A program made the translations under genes and the position numbers. Of a stretch of DNA of 64,000 bases, positions 30,906 through 42,095 are shown piece after piece. Source of the stretch: Chloroflexota bacterium (GTDB lineage: Bacteria; Chloroflexota; Dehalococcoidia; Lucifugimonadales; UBA3495); the NCBI GenBank assembly GCA_027623675.1, contig JAQBVF010000011.1, positions 29,204-93,203 on the forward strand, written 5' to 3'. The number at the start of each line of letters is the position of its first letter. Position 1 is the first letter of the stretch. The notes under the pieces were generated by a model, which made no database searches, had not been told where the DNA came from, and was given only the letters and a program-made list of their open reading frames with translations.

Positions 30906-33134
30906 ATGCCAGAAGCGTCCCAGATCGTTTATACCAAGATTGATGAGGCACCGGCCCTGGCGACCCATTCGTTGCTGCCGATCCTCCAAGCCTTTACCAA
31001 GGGGTCCGGTATTGAACTGGAGTCCTGGGATATCTCTTTGACCGGTCGCATCATCGCCAATTTCCCGGAGAATCTGACTGATGAGCAGAAGATTCCCGAT
31101 TACCTGTCCATGTCCAGCGAGTTGTGCGAAAGCCCAGCGGCGAACATCATCAAGCTGCCCAATATCAGCGCCTCCATCCCACAGTTGAAAGCCGCGATCA
31201 AGGAATTGCAGGAGAAGGGTTACGATATTCCCGATTACCCCGACGAGCCGGCAACGGACGCGCAGAAAGTCTTGTTTGAGCGCTATTCCAGGGTGTTGGG
31301 CAGCGCGGTCAACCCTGTCCTGCGGGAAGGGAACTCCGACCGCCGGTCGGCCACCGCGGTTAAGGAACACGGCAAACGCTATCCCCACAGGATGATGAAG
31401 GACTGGCCGGAAGTATCCAAAGCCCGCGTCGCCCACATGACCAGCGGTGATTTCTACGGTAGCGAACAGGCGGTGACCATCGAAGAAGACGGGTCTGCAA
31501 GCATCGAATACGTGGCCCGCGATGGACGCACGACCGTGCTCAAATCCGGTATCCCCCTGACCGCCGGCGAGATCATCGATTGCGCCGTGATGAACGTGCG
31601 GGAGTTGCGCGAGTTCTACGCCGAGGAGATGGAGAAGGCCAAGGCTGAAGGCGTACTGCTATCCCTGCATGTTAAGTCGACCATGATGCGCGTGTCCGAC
31701 CCGATCATCTTCGGCCATTGTGTCTCCGTTTACTACCAAGACGTGTTTAGCAAGCACTCCGCTGAGATGGGCGAGCTGGCGGTGAACCCCGACAACGGGA
31801 TCGCCGAACTCTACACCAAGATACAGTCTCTTACCGATGAGAAGCGGGCCGAGATCGAGGCGGATATCCAAGCGGTGTACAGCGCCCGTCCGGAGTTGAT
31901 GATGGTTAACTCCAACCGGGGCATCACCAATCTGCATGTTCCCAGCGACGTGATCATCGATGCCACCATGCCCGTGATGATTCGAGACGGCGGCCGGACC
32001 TGGGGTCCCGACAACGAGTTGCATGACACGGTGGCGATGATTCCTGACCGTTGTTACGCGACCCTGTACCAGGCGGTTATCGAAGACTGCCAGAAGAATG
32101 GAGCGTTCGATCCGGCCACCATCGGCAGCGTCGCCAACGTCGGGCTGATGGCCCAAAGGGCTGAGGAGTATGGCTCTCACGACAAGACATTCAAAGCCCC
32201 GGGTAACGGCTCCATCCGGGTCGTGGACTCGTCCGGCAAAACCCTGATGGACCAGAGGGTAGAGGAAGGCGATATCTTCCGCATGTGCCAGACCAAAGAC
32301 GCGGCCATCCAGGACTGGGTCAAGCTAGGGGTCAACCGGGCCAGGATCACCGGCTCGCCGTCCATCTTCTGGCTGGACCCGGACCGGGCCCACGACGTCG
32401 AGTTGATCAAGAAGGTTGACCAATACCTGCCGACACACGACACCACGGGATTGGACATTCGCACCATGTCTCCCGTCGACGCGATAAAGTTCTCGATGGA
32501 CCGCAGCCGCGCCGGCCTGGACACGATCTCCGTTACCGGCAACGTGCTCCGCGACTATCTGACCGACCTATTCCCCATCTTGGAATTGGGCACCAGCGCC
32601 AAGATGCTCTCGGTCGTCCCTCTCCTCAAGGGTGGTGGGATGTTTGAGACCGGCGCCGGCGGGTCGGCCCCCCGGCACGTGCAGCAATTCCTGGAGGAGG
32701 GCCATCTGCGTTGGGACTCCCTCGGTGAATTCTGCGCTCTGGTAGCGTCCTTCGAGCACCTCGGACAAGCGTTCAACAACGACAAGGCCAAGCTCTTGGC
32801 TGAGACCCTGGACCAAGCGATCGGGGAGCATCTGGAGCACAACCGGGCGCCGTCCCGCCGGGTGAACGAACTCGACACCCGGGGCAGCCATTTCTACCTC
32901 GCTCTGTACTGGGCGCAAGCGCTGGCTAACCAGACGAAGGACCCAGAGCTCCAGGCCCGCTTCGCCCCGGTGGCCAAGCAGATGGCCGACAACGAAGAAA
33001 AGATCGTTCAGGAGCTAAATGACGCTCAGGGGCATCCGGTGGACATCGGTGGTTATTACCATCCCGATGACGCCATGGCCGCCAAGGCCATGCGCCCTAG
33101 CCCCACCCTGAACGCGATCATCGACTCTATCTAA
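30906..33134 (+). CDS. icd: Monomeric NADP-dependent isocitrate dehydrogenase
   Basis: [43 protein letters not shown]; 742 aa. Confidence 0.97.
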   Translation: MPEASQIVYTKIDEAPALATHSLLPILQAFTKGSGIELESWDISLTGRIIANFPENLTDEQKIPDYLSMSSELCESPAANIIKLPNISASIPQLKAAIKELQEKGYDIPDYPDEPATDAQKVLFERYSRVLGSAVNPVLREGNSDRRSATAVKEHGKRYPHRMMKDWPEVSKARVAHMTSGDFYGSEQAVTIEEDGSASIEYVARDGRTTVLKSGIPLTAGEIIDCAVMNVRELREFYAEEMEKAKAEGVLLSLHVKSTMMRVSDPIIFGHCVSVYYQDVFSKHSAEMGELAVNPDNGIAELYTKIQSLTDEKRAEIEADIQAVYSARPELMMVNSNRGITNLHVPSDVIIDATMPVMIRDGGRTWGPDNELHDTVAMIPDRCYATLYQAVIEDCQKNGAFDPATIGSVANVGLMAQRAEEYGSHDKTFKAPGNGSIRVVDSSGKTLMDQRVEEGDIFRMCQTKDAAIQDWVKLGVNRARITGSPSIFWLDPDRAHDVELIKKVDQYLPTHDTTGLDIRTMSPVDAIKFSMDRSRAGLDTISVTGNVLRDYLTDLFPILELGTSAKMLSVVPLLKGGGMFETGAGGSAPRHVQQFLEEGHLRWDSLGEFCALVASFEHLGQAFNNDKAKLLAETLDQAIGEHLEHNRAPSRRVNELDTRGSHFYLALYWAQALANQTKDPELQARFAPVAKQMADNEEKIVQELNDAQGHPVDIGGYYHPDDAMAAKAMRPSPTLNAIIDSI

Positions 33135-33232
33135 CAAGAACGATTGACCGGCTGGCTAAGGCCCGTTCTTCAAGCTTCAAGCCGCCGGTTATTGGTACGA
33201 CACAAACAATATAACGGAGGACCAATCGCCAG

Positions 33233-34174
33233 ATGAAAAGCAAGGTAACGGTTGTCGGCGCAGGCAACGTGGGCGCGACTACCGCGCAGAGGATCCACCA
33301 GTTAGGCTACGCCGACGTGGTGTTGGTGGACGTGGTTGAGGACCTGCCCCAGGGCAAGTCACTAGACATGCTGGAATCGGCCCCGGTCCTGGGCACCGAC
33401 TCCAAGATCATCGGCAGCAACAGCTACGAACAGACCGCCGGGTCCGACGTGGTGGTCATCACCGCCGGCATCGCCCGCCGTCCCGGCATGAGCCGCGACG
33501 ACCTGCTCTTGACCAATATGCGGATCACCTCATCGGTGACCGAGCAGGTGGTCAAGTACTCACCCGACTGCATCATCATGCCGGTCACCAACCCCCTGGA
33601 CGCCATGGTCCAGAACGTGTTCGAGACCAGCGGCTTCCCCAGGAACCGGGTATTCGGCATGGCCGGCGTGCTGGACACCGCCCGCTTCCGGACATTCATC
33701 GCCGAAGAACTCAATGTCTCGGTGGAAGATATCCAAGCATTCGTGCTGGGCGGCCACGGCGACGACATGGTGCCTCTGGTCCGCTTCACCAACGTGGGCG
33801 GCATCCCCCTGAGCGAACTGATGGCCGAAGAGAAGATCGACCAACTGGTCAAGCGCACCCGCAGTGGTGGCGGCGAGATCGTTGAACTGCTCAAAGAGGG
33901 CAGCGCCTACTACGCGCCGTCAGCCGCCATCACCCAGATGGTTGAGGCGGTCCTCCTGGATAAGAAGCGCATCCTCCCTGCCTGCGCCTATCTGTTGGGC
34001 GAATTCGGCATCAACGGCCTGTGCGTCGGCGTTCCCGTCAAGCTGGGGGCCGGCGGCATGGAGCAGGTGATGGAGATCAAGCTGACCTCCGACGAACAAG
34101 CGGCGCTCAAGGGTTCGGCCGACAGCGTTCAAGAACTGGTGGAAGTGATGAACAAGGCCAGGGCCGAGGGGTAG
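33233..34174 (+). CDS. mdh: Malate dehydrogenase (LDH-like)
   Basis: [34 protein letters not shown]. Confidence 0.95.
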   Translation: MKSKVTVVGAGNVGATTAQRIHQLGYADVVLVDVVEDLPQGKSLDMLESAPVLGTDSKIIGSNSYEQTAGSDVVVITAGIARRPGMSRDDLLLTNMRITSSVTEQVVKYSPDCIIMPVTNPLDAMVQNVFETSGFPRNRVFGMAGVLDTARFRTFIAEELNVSVEDIQAFVLGGHGDDMVPLVRFTNVGGIPLSELMAEEKIDQLVKRTRSGGGEIVELLKEGSAYYAPSAAITQMVEAVLLDKKRILPACAYLLGEFGINGLCVGVPVKLGAGGMEQVMEIKLTSDEQAALKGSADSVQELVEVMNKARAEG

Positions 34175-34237
34175 CGGCGAACGGCGAAAAGCAACCGGGT
34201 GCGATCAGATAGACATTTACCGGCAGGAGGGTGGCCC

Positions 34238-35530
34238 ATGGCTCGTCGAAGCGATGCCGAAAAGCGACTATTGGAGAAGGCGGGCCGCTACCTGCCGGGT
34301 GGCAACAGCGGTAATCTCGCCCTCCCCGATGGACTAGAATTCCTCGCCTCCCACGGCAAAGGCTCCAGCATCTTCGACGTCAGCGGCAACGAGTATGTCG
34401 ACTGGCTCATGGGCTCTGGCCCCATGATCCTGGGCCACGCCCACCCCGCCGTCACCGAAGCCGTCATCAAAGCGGTGGAAGGCGGCAGCACCTTTTTCGC
34501 CACCAACGACAAGGCAGTGGAACTAGCCGAGGTGTTGGTCAATGCCGTCCCCTGCGCCGAGCAGGTGCGCTTCACCACCAGCGGCACCGACGCCTGCTTC
34601 CAGGCCATGCGCGCCGCCAGGGCCTTCACCGGAAAAGAGAAGGTCCTCAAGTTCGAGGGCGGCTTCCATGGCACCAGCGACTACGCCCTGATGAGCCTCA
34701 CCCCTTCCCCTTCCGTGGAATATCCGCAGGCCCAGGCCAATAGCGGCGGCATTCCCAAGGCCATCCAAGAACTGATGCTCATCGCCCCCTATAACGACCT
34801 GGCCACCACCGAAACGATCATCAAAGCCCACCTGGACGATATCGCGGCGGTGATCGTGGAGCCGGTCCAGCGGGTGATATCACCGCAGCCTGGGTTCCTC
34901 CAGGGCCTGCGGGACCTGACCAAACGTCACAACATACCGCTCATATTCGACGAGGTTGTCACCGGCTTCCGCCTGGCTTACGGCGGGGCGCAGGAGTTCT
35001 TCGGAGTGACGCCCGACATGTGCACCGTGGGCAAGATCATGGGCGGCGGCTACCCCCTGGCGGCGCTGCTGGGCCGGGCCGACATCCTATCGGTCTACGA
35101 CCGGGGCGCGTCGGACGACGAGACCTTTGTCAACCAGATCGGCACCCTGAACGGCAATCCGGTGGCCTGCGCCGCCGGTCTGGCCACCTTGGCCGTCATG
35201 CGGGAAGAGGGCGCCTACGACAAGCTGCGCGGCGCCGGCCGCGCGGTGCGGACCGCATTGGTGGACATCTGTGACGAGAATGGCGTTCCGGTGCAGAACT
35301 GCGGCGAAGACGCGATTTTCGACGTCTACTTCTCCGAGAAGCCGGTGGCCAATTACCGCGACACACTGGCCGCCGACTCGGCCATGATGGGCCGCTTCAA
35401 CGCCGGCCTGCTGGAGCGCGGCATCCTGAAAGGCGCCCAGAAGTATTACCCCTCGGCCGTCCACAGCGACGAAGACGTGGAAAAGACCATCCAAGCCATG
35501 CGGGAAGTGGTGCCACTGATCCGGGAGTAG
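34238..35530 (+). CDS. Class III PLP aminotransferase, glutamate-1-semialdehyde aminomutase-like
   Basis: GPMILGH, KFEGGFHG, FDEVVTGFR, GKIMGGGYP, GTLNGNP. Confidence 0.88.
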   Translation: MARRSDAEKRLLEKAGRYLPGGNSGNLALPDGLEFLASHGKGSSIFDVSGNEYVDWLMGSGPMILGHAHPAVTEAVIKAVEGGSTFFATNDKAVELAEVLVNAVPCAEQVRFTTSGTDACFQAMRAARAFTGKEKVLKFEGGFHGTSDYALMSLTPSPSVEYPQAQANSGGIPKAIQELMLIAPYNDLATTETIIKAHLDDIAAVIVEPVQRVISPQPGFLQGLRDLTKRHNIPLIFDEVVTGFRLAYGGAQEFFGVTPDMCTVGKIMGGGYPLAALLGRADILSVYDRGASDDETFVNQIGTLNGNPVACAAGLATLAVMREEGAYDKLRGAGRAVRTALVDICDENGVPVQNCGEDAIFDVYFSEKPVANYRDTLAADSAMMGRFNAGLLERGILKGAQKYYPSAVHSDEDVEKTIQAMREVVPLIRE

Positions 35531-35573
35531 TTAGCCCGATCTACCCGTGACGGGCCGCTGGGGCCGGGACGAA

Positions 35574-36453
35574 TCACAAGGCCAGCCAGTACCTCTTGCC
35601 GCTTTCCCTGATGACCCGGCCAAAGCCGCTGTGGTGGCAGATTGCGATGGCGGCGTTGTCCTGCTCCGCCCGGTCCAGCATGGTGTGCCGGGTGCGGCCG
35701 GCCTGGTCCGGGTCGGCGTCGTAGTGGAACACCCAGTCGGTCTCGGTAACCTGGGCCGGTCCGTGGAACACGTCCCCCATGATGAACGCCTTCTCCCCTC
35801 CGGAGTTCACTATCATGCTCATGGAGCCGGGGGTGTGGCCGGGAGTGGGCGTGATCGTTAGCTCGCCGGTCAGTTCAGTCTCGCCCTCTATCAGGTCCAA
35901 TACGCCCAGTTGCTGCAACGGGGACACGGCCTGCGCCCACCAGTCATAGCCGAAAATCTCCGAGTCCCTGGGCGTGTCGAATGCCGCCCAATCGGCCTCG
36001 TGGGCCACGTAGCGGGCGTTGGGGAAGGTTGGTCTGTCCTTAACCTCCGTTCCGCGTTATATTCCAGCCCACGTGGTCCGGGTGCAGGTGGGTCAGGAAA
36101 ACAGTGTCGATGTCCCCGGCCTGGAAACCCGCAGCCGCCAACTCGGACAACAGCACACCGTCGATGCCGCCACCGACATTGGCCACCACGTTGGGATTGG
36201 AGTCCGCGCTTCCCAGGCCCGTGTCCACCAGCAGTGTGCGGCCTTGGGAGCGGACCAAGTAGCACTCGAAATGCACCTGCAGGCTGTCCTCGCCTCCAGC
36301 ATTCTTCGTGTAGGCGTCGGGGTAGCGTTCTTGATACGGAATCCAGGCCTCGGTCGGCACGTCCGGGAATGTCCGGATCAGCGGCAACGCCACCTCCGAA
36401 TCGTGGAGCACCGTGATCTCGACGTTGCCAACGGTCAATGTGCTGTGCGGCAT
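35574..36453 (-). pseudogene. MBL-fold metallo-hydrolase copy 2, split by a 1-nt insertion near 36042 (pseudogene or sequence error)
   Basis: THLHPDHVG, then GGA GGT TAA; removing one T restores ITRNGGKDRPTFPNARYVAHE, collinear with copy 1. Confidence 0.8.
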
Positions 36454-36491
36454 CTCACAACTCCTTCGGCATATCCTCCGTTTTCGGTCAC

Positions 36492-37370
36492 CTATAACGC
36501 CTGCCAGTATCTTCGGCCTTGCTCTTTGACCACCCGCCCAAAGCCACTGTGATGGCAGATGGCGATGGCCGCGTTTTCCCTCTCCGCCCGTTCCAAGATA
36601 TCGCGCCTGGTCTTGCTGGCTTGGTCCGAGTCCATGTCGAAACGGAACACCCACTCGGTCTCGGTAACCTGGGCCGGACCGTGGAACACGTCGCCCATGA
36701 TGAACGCCTTTTCGCCGCCGGAGTTCACTATCATGCTCATGGAGCCGGGGGTGTGGCCGGGCGTAGGAGTGATGGTGAGTTCGCCGGTCAGTTCGGTCTC
36801 GCCCGACACCAGGTCCAGGACGCCCGCCTGACGCAGCGGGGTTACGGTGTCGGCCCACCAATCGAAGCCGAATATCTCCGAGTCCTTGGGGGTGTTGAAC
36901 GCCGACCAGTCCGCTTCGTGGGCGACGTACCGGGCATTGGGGAAGGTGGGCGACTCCGTGCCGCCGTCCCGCGTGATGTTCCAGCCCACGTGGTCCGGGT
37001 GCAGGTGGGTCAGGAACACCGTGTCGATGTCGCCCGGCAGGAATCCCGCCGCCTGTAGGTTTGCCAACAGGTCCCCTTCCACCCCGCCGAACATCTTGGT
37101 CACCGTGCCGGGATTGGTTGCCGCCGTGCCCAGCCCGGTGTCGACCAGCAGCGTCCGGCCCTGAGAGCGGACCAAGTAGCATTCGAAGTGGGTCCGCCGG
37201 CTGTCTTCGCCCCCGGCGTTTTTAGTGTACGCATCGGGATACCGCTCCAGATACGGCGCCCAGGCTTCCGCAGGCACATCAGGGAACGACTGGCTAAAGG
37301 GCGAGGCAACCTCCGTGTCGTGGATGACCGTGATCTCGACGCTGCCTACCGTGAGGGTGCTGTGCGGCAT
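36492..37370 (-). CDS. MBL-fold metallo-hydrolase copy 1
   Basis: LVDTG, THLHPDHVGW, PGHTPGS, GDVFH; AAGGAG RBS before ATG 37370. Confidence 0.92.
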   Translation of the reverse strand: MPHSTLTVGSVEITVIHDTEVASPFSQSFPDVPAEAWAPYLERYPDAYTKNAGGEDSRRTHFECYLVRSQGRTLLVDTGLGTAATNPGTVTKMFGGVEGDLLANLQAAGFLPGDIDTVFLTHLHPDHVGWNITRDGGTESPTFPNARYVAHEADWSAFNTPKDSEIFGFDWWADTVTPLRQAGVLDLVSGETELTGELTITPTPGHTPGSMSMIVNSGGEKAFIMGDVFHGPAQVTETEWVFRFDMDSDQASKTRRDILERAERENAAIAICHHSGFGRVVKEQGRRYWQAL

Positions 37371-37413
37371 CTGGCAACTCCTTCGGCCCACCGGCCGTTT
37401 ACTGATTTCTGGC

Positions 37414-38127
37414 CTAAGAGTTCATAATGACAGGCATCCGAAACTTCCAGGTATTCCAGAGGTCTGCATCATCGATTAGTTCGGTCATGAAACGAGCGAC
37501 ATTGGAGCGCGAGGTAGAACGCCCAGACAAGATACCCGTTACGGGGGATTCTTCGACGGAGTATTGAGAAACCTCGGCATCAATCAGCGAGTCCGGCCGA
37601 ACGCTGCACCATTCGACATGCTCATTCTCCCTACCTACTACGCTGCGCAGATGCTCAGCTGCGGTTTCATTATCCCGATGCGGAGGCAATGTATAACGCA
37701 AGATGGTAAGCAATCCTCTCTCTAACAATGTTCTCCTCTCTCCGAGATCATGATTCTGGATTCCAACCGTGTTCATAAGAATGAATTTGACGGATTTAGG
37801 TGGGTCATTCTCTTCGATGGCGTTACACAAACGTCGTGTTGCGTCGGTGCACAGATTTCTCGGCTTTCCGAATATTCCTTTGAGATTCGGAACATGTCCC
37901 AGGCACGAGACAACCGCATCGCAGTCCTTTACATGCTCCGCCATCTCCTCGTCGGTCAGATCGAGAATGCTAGCCTTAACTACCCTAGTGTTTGGGTTCT
38001 CTAGGACGGTTCTGGGAAGGTTGATAGACGAGCGGACGATAACACGAATCTCGTGATTTTTGCCCAGTAACTGTTCCACGAGAAGTCGTCCGGTCTTGCC
38101 CGTGGCTCCCACCACTAATATGGCCAT
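37414..38127 (-). CDS. NAD(P)H-binding atypical SDR (flavin/biliverdin reductase B-like)
   Basis: ILVVGATGKTGR, DAVVSCLG, WCSVRP, SRSNVA; visibly lower GC than its flanks. Confidence 0.85.
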   Translation of the reverse strand: MAILVVGATGKTGRLLVEQLLGKNHEIRVIVRSSINLPRTVLENPNTRVVKASILDLTDEEMAEHVKDCDAVVSCLGHVPNLKGIFGKPRNLCTDATRRLCNAIEENDPPKSVKFILMNTVGIQNHDLGERRTLLERGLLTILRYTLPPHRDNETAAEHLRSVVGRENEHVEWCSVRPDSLIDAEVSQYSVEESPVTGILSGRSTSRSNVARFMTELIDDADLWNTWKFRMPVIMNS

Positions 38128-38177
38128 CGTTGGCCCCCTCCTTCAACAACGTTGACAGATCGAGGCCGATTTTCGCC

Positions 38178-38249
38178 CGGCAGCGCGACCTCCGCGTCGT
38201 GGATGACCGTGATCTCGACGCTGCCCAACGTGAGGGCGCTGTCCAGCAT
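38178..38249 (-). pseudogene. 5' fragment of a third MBL-fold paralog
   Basis: MLDSALTLGSVEITVIHDAEVALP matches MPHSTLTVGSVEITVIHDTEVASP; similarity stops abruptly and the frame ends at TAG 38115. Confidence 0.75.
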
Positions 38250-38282
38250 ATCTTGACTCCCAGCATTGCGGTCCTAAGAATC

Positions 38283-38322
38283 AAAAAGGGGGCCGCCCCG
38301 ATGCATCGGGGCGGGCCCCCTT
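38283..38322 (-). terminator. Intrinsic terminator of the sdh operon
   Basis: aaaaagggggccgccccgatgcatcggggcgggccccctt; hairpin followed by a T-tract on the minus strand. Confidence 0.8.
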
Positions 38323-38359
38323 GTCCATGCTCTATCTGACCTCGGCCGTGCCTCCTGGC

Positions 38360-39241
38360 TTAGACGCCGGCCCCAATCTTGGTCAGTAGGGGTTTGGTGT
38401 TGACGATGTGGCGCTTCAGCCCCATGTCCTGCGGACTCAGGCCCATGGCCAGGCCGATGGCCTGGGGCATGTGCAGGATGGGCAGTTCGATGGGCCGCCC
38501 GGCTTGGGCCGCCGCCTTGGGCTGGAAGCTATCCAGGTTCAGGTGGCAGAGCGGGCAGGGCGTGATCATCGCGTCGGCGCCCAGGTCCTTGGCCTCGGAC
38601 GTGTGCTTGCCCACCATGGCCATGGAGTTGCGCTCGTTGATCGTCAGGATCGGGAACCCGCAGCAGCGGGTCTTACCCGCGAAGTCCACCACCGTCGCTC
38701 CGATGGTCTCGATGATCTGCTCCAACGCGGACTGGCGTTCGGGGTGGTCCTCGAACTCCAGCGCGTCGGTGGGCCTGACGATATAGCAGCCGTAGAAGGG
38801 CGCCATCCGCATGCCAGCCAGCGGGCGGGTGATCAGGCTGAGCAGCTTGTCCAAGCCGATGTCCTCGACCAACACCCACAGCAGGTGCTTGGGGCGGGCG
38901 TTGCCCTTGTACTCCAGGCCCTCTTCGGCCAGGAAGCCGTTGATCTTGGCCAGGTACTCGGGGTTCTTCATCCGGTGGTTGGCCTGGCTCATGACCCCCT
39001 GACAGGTGCTGCAGATGGTCAAGATGGGCAGGTCCAGCGCCTCCGCCATGGCGAAGGTCCGGGCGTTAAGAGTGTCGCCCAGCAATTCGTTCTTCTCTTG
39101 CAAGACGCCGGCGCCGGTGCAGGACGCGGCGGGCATCTCTTGAAGCTCTATCTCCAGCTTCTCGCAGATGAGTTTGGTCGCCGGATAAAGCTCCGGACAA
39201 CCGCCTCGGGACACACAACCAGGGAAAAAGGCGTACTTCAA
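38360..39241 (-). CDS. CCG-domain HdrB/SdhE-like subunit
   Basis: YAFFPGC, SCTG, CSTC, FYGC, RCCG, TPCPLCHLNLD; same operon as sdhAB. Confidence 0.9.
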   Translation of the reverse strand: MKYAFFPGCVSRGGCPELYPATKLICEKLEIELQEMPAASCTGAGVLQEKNELLGDTLNARTFAMAEALDLPILTICSTCQGVMSQANHRMKNPEYLAKINGFLAEEGLEYKGNARPKHLLWVLVEDIGLDKLLSLITRPLAGMRMAPFYGCYIVRPTDALEFEDHPERQSALEQIIETIGATVVDFAGKTRCCGFPILTINERNSMAMVGKHTSEAKDLGADAMITPCPLCHLNLDSFQPKAAAQAGRPIELPILHMPQAIGLAMGLSPQDMGLKRHIVNTKPLLTKIGAGV

Positions 39242-39304
39242 CGCCGGCCTCCAATACTTTCTGAATGGAACTGAGTTTCGCTGCCTATCGGGACAGGCAG
39301 CGGT

Positions 39305-40273
39305 CTAGCGCTGTTTCGGACCTTGGACCTTGTCAAATAGCTTCCGGACGTTCTTCGAATCGGGAAGCTTCTTATGAATTATGGGCGGCATCTTGCCGTG
39401 GGTGATGGCCTGGATGGCGATGGGCGCGTAACCCACCAGGGCCGACACGTTGGTCATGCCCAGCGACTTGGGCACCAAGCGAAGCTCGTCCAGCCAGCCG
39501 CTGTGCTCCACGGAGTCGCTGAAAGCCTCCGTGTGGCGCGCACCATTGGTGTTGTGGAACCCGGCCTCCAGGGCCTGGTCCCGCAGGGCCATGATGCGGT
39601 CCATGGGCGCCACGCCCTTGGGGCAGGCTGTCACGCACTCCATGCAGCGGGTGCAGTCCCACATGCCCGTGGGCTTGTTAAGTTGTTCCAACCGGTCTCT
39701 GGAGACACCATTCTCGTCGCCGTCACGCGGGTCGGCGGTGAAACGGTAGGCTTTGGCCAGGGCGGCCGGTCCCAAGAATGTGGGGTCTACTTCCAAGACC
39801 GTGCAATCCGAGTAGCAAGCGCCGCACATGATGCAGGCGGTGACCCCCGACAGGTGCAACATCGCATCGTTGGAGGCGATGTATTCGGCTTCCGGCTCGG
39901 GGCCTTCGGGCTTCAGGTATGGCTCGACCTCCATGACTTTGTCCCAGAAGCCGTCGAAATTCACCACCAGGTCTTTCACGACCGGCATGTTTCCCGCGGG
40001 CTCGACGGTTATCACGCCGTCCTTAATAACTTTCTGGGCCTGGGTCTTGCAGGCCAGACCGGCGTGGCCGTTGATGCGGACCGCGCAGGAACCGCAGATG
40101 GAGCTGCGGCACGAGCAGCGCAGGCTGAAGGACCCGTCGTTGTCCTCGCGGACCTTAATCAGGGCATCCAGCACCGTGCCGTTGTCTTCTATCGAAACTT
40201 GGAAGTTCTCCCAATAGGGCTTGGGATCCGCGGCTTCCGGGTCGAAGCGTTGAACTTTAAGCGTGACGTCCAT
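39305..40273 (-). CDS. sdhB: Succinate dehydrogenase iron-sulfur subunit
   Basis: SCRSSICGSC, CIMCGAC, CTRCMECVTACP; C-terminal extension. Confidence 0.93.
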   Translation of the reverse strand: MDVTLKVQRFDPEAADPKPYWENFQVSIEDNGTVLDALIKVREDNDGSFSLRCSCRSSICGSCAVRINGHAGLACKTQAQKVIKDGVITVEPAGNMPVVKDLVVNFDGFWDKVMEVEPYLKPEGPEPEAEYIASNDAMLHLSGVTACIMCGACYSDCTVLEVDPTFLGPAALAKAYRFTADPRDGDENGVSRDRLEQLNKPTGMWDCTRCMECVTACPKGVAPMDRIMALRDQALEAGFHNTNGARHTEAFSDSVEHSGWLDELRLVPKSLGMTNVSALVGYAPIAIQAITHGKMPPIIHKKLPDSKNVRKLFDKVQGPKQR

Positions 40274-40276
40274 CGA

Positions 40277-41956
40277 TCAGTACTTCCTTTCTTCGGGAGT
40301 CCACTGAGTGATGCTGACGGGAGCGTAGCTCAGTTCCGGGCCAGCAGCTCCCTTCTTAATCACCAAGTGTTTCATCCAATTTTCGTCGTCCCGGTCCGGG
40401 TAGTCGGTGCGGGCCTGGGCCCCCCGGCTGTCCTTCCGGTCCAGCGCGCTCATCGCGATGGGGGTGGCGCAATCGAGCATAAAGCCCAACTCCAGCCCAA
40501 ACACCAGATCGGTGTTGAATATCTTACCCTTGTTGTCCACCGGCACGGTCTTGTACCGCTCTTGAAGTCCCTTCAAGTCGTTGAGGGTTTCTTTCATGCC
40601 CTCTTCGTTCCGGTAGACCGCCAAGTTGCGGTTCATGGACTCGCCCATACCCAGGCGGACGGCGGCGATCCGGTCGCCGTTCTGGGGCCGGTCCAACAAC
40701 TCTTGGATGCGCTTCTCTTCGTTGCGCACGGCCTTGTTTACATCGAACTCCACGTAGTCGGCCCCACGAGACGCCTCAGCGGCATGTTTGCCGGAGCGTT
40801 CTCCGAACACGATGGTGTCCAAGAGGGAGTTGGCGCCCAGCCGGTTGCCGCCGTGGACGCTGACGCAGGCGCATTCGCCGGCGGCGTAGACGCCTTCCAG
40901 GTTGGTCTGGCCGTCCACATTGGTGCGGATGCCGCCCATGGCGTAGTGCATGCCGGGGCGGATGGGGATGGGTTCTTTGATCATGTCCGCGCCGACCAGG
41001 TCGATGCCGATCTCCCGGATCTGGCTGAGTTTCTCCATGATGAGAGCTTCGCCCAGGTGGCGGCAGTCCAGGTGGACGCAGCCGTCGATGCCGTTCCCGG
41101 CGTTGATCTCGGTCTGTTCGGCCCGGGAAACAACGTCTCGGGAGGCCAACTCCATCATGTTGGGAGCGTACTTCTCCATGAAGCGGTTGCCGTCTTTGTC
41201 CAACAGGTAGGCGCCCTCGCCCCTGGCCGCCTCGGAGATTAGCACTCCGCTTCCGGCCAAGGTGGTCGGATGATACTGGACCATCTCCATGTCCATCAAC
41301 TCGGCCCCGGCATTGTAGGCCAGGGCGATGCCGTCACCGGTGCAGATCAGGGCGTTGGTGCTGGGCTCGAAGACCCGGCCGAAACCGCCGGTGCAGAAGA
41401 TGACCGTCTTGGCGCGGATGGCGTAGATCTGGCCGGTGCGCACCTCCAGGGCCATCACACCGCAGACCTTGCCGTCTTCGATTATCAGAGAGCTTACAAA
41501 CCACTCTTCGTAGCGGCGCACGCCGGACTTGATAAGCTGCTCAAACATCACATGGAGCAGGGCTTGTCCGGTAAAGTCGCCGACGAAGAAGGTGCGGGCG
41601 CGGCGCTGTCCGCCAAAGGCTCGGGTGCCCAGGCGTCCTTCGTCGTCGCGGTTGAAGGTGACGCCGAAGTGCTCCATGTCGATGAGCGCTTGACCGGCCG
41701 CTTTGCACATTACCTCGATGGCGTCTTGGTCGCCCAGGAAGTCGCTGCCCTTCACCGTGTCGTAGGCGTGGTCTTCCCATTCGTCGCCGCGGTCGGTGAG
41801 GGCTGCATTGATGCCGCCCTGGGCCGCGTTTGAGTGACTGCGCACCGGGTGTACTTTGCTGATGATTGCAGTTGTGGCGCCGCCGGCACGGGCCGCGATG
41901 GCCGCCCGCATTCCCGCCAGGCCTGCGCCGATTACCAGGACATCATGCTCGAGCAT
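40277..41956 (-). CDS. sdhA: Succinate dehydrogenase flavoprotein subunit
   Basis: GAGLAG, RSHSNAAQGG, QYHPT, EAARGEG, HYAMGG, HGGNRLGANSL. Confidence 0.95.
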   Translation of the reverse strand: MLEHDVLVIGAGLAGMRAAIAARAGGATTAIISKVHPVRSHSNAAQGGINAALTDRGDEWEDHAYDTVKGSDFLGDQDAIEVMCKAAGQALIDMEHFGVTFNRDDEGRLGTRAFGGQRRARTFFVGDFTGQALLHVMFEQLIKSGVRRYEEWFVSSLIIEDGKVCGVMALEVRTGQIYAIRAKTVIFCTGGFGRVFEPSTNALICTGDGIALAYNAGAELMDMEMVQYHPTTLAGSGVLISEAARGEGAYLLDKDGNRFMEKYAPNMMELASRDVVSRAEQTEINAGNGIDGCVHLDCRHLGEALIMEKLSQIREIGIDLVGADMIKEPIPIRPGMHYAMGGIRTNVDGQTNLEGVYAAGECACVSVHGGNRLGANSLLDTIVFGERSGKHAAEASRGADYVEFDVNKAVRNEEKRIQELLDRPQNGDRIAAVRLGMGESMNRNLAVYRNEEGMKETLNDLKGLQERYKTVPVDNKGKIFNTDLVFGLELGFMLDCATPIAMSALDRKDSRGAQARTDYPDRDDENWMKHLVIKKGAAGPELSYAPVSITQWTPEERKY

Positions 41957-42095
41957 GCGTGTCTAATTCCTCCAATTATCCTTTAGCCGTTCAATTAACC
42001 GCTCGGTCAGCCCCCGATCCAAGCTGGAGACCGCCCATAATATATCAAAAAGGAGTCCCCCAATCTAGCTTGCGCCTGACGAGGTTCTCCGGGCC

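Noticed and set aside
34238..35530. Assigning the symbol hemL
   Set aside because: The family is clear, but there is no heme-pathway context and such paralogs are often numerous; orthology is unproven
36036..36048. Programmed frameshift at GGT TAA in MBL copy 2
   Set aside because: No plausible tRNA re-pairing, and the paralog is uninterrupted; mutation or sequence error is simpler
36040..37182. 380-aa ORF suggesting a fused double-MBL protein
   Set aside because: Its N-terminal part is an off-frame reading of copy 1; only 36453 onward is real MBL sequence
39374..41242. Long antisense ORFs (622 aa here; also 25722-27152, 27335-28615, 24044-25081)
   Set aside because: Shadow frames of high-GC genes on the opposite strand, with no recognisable motifs
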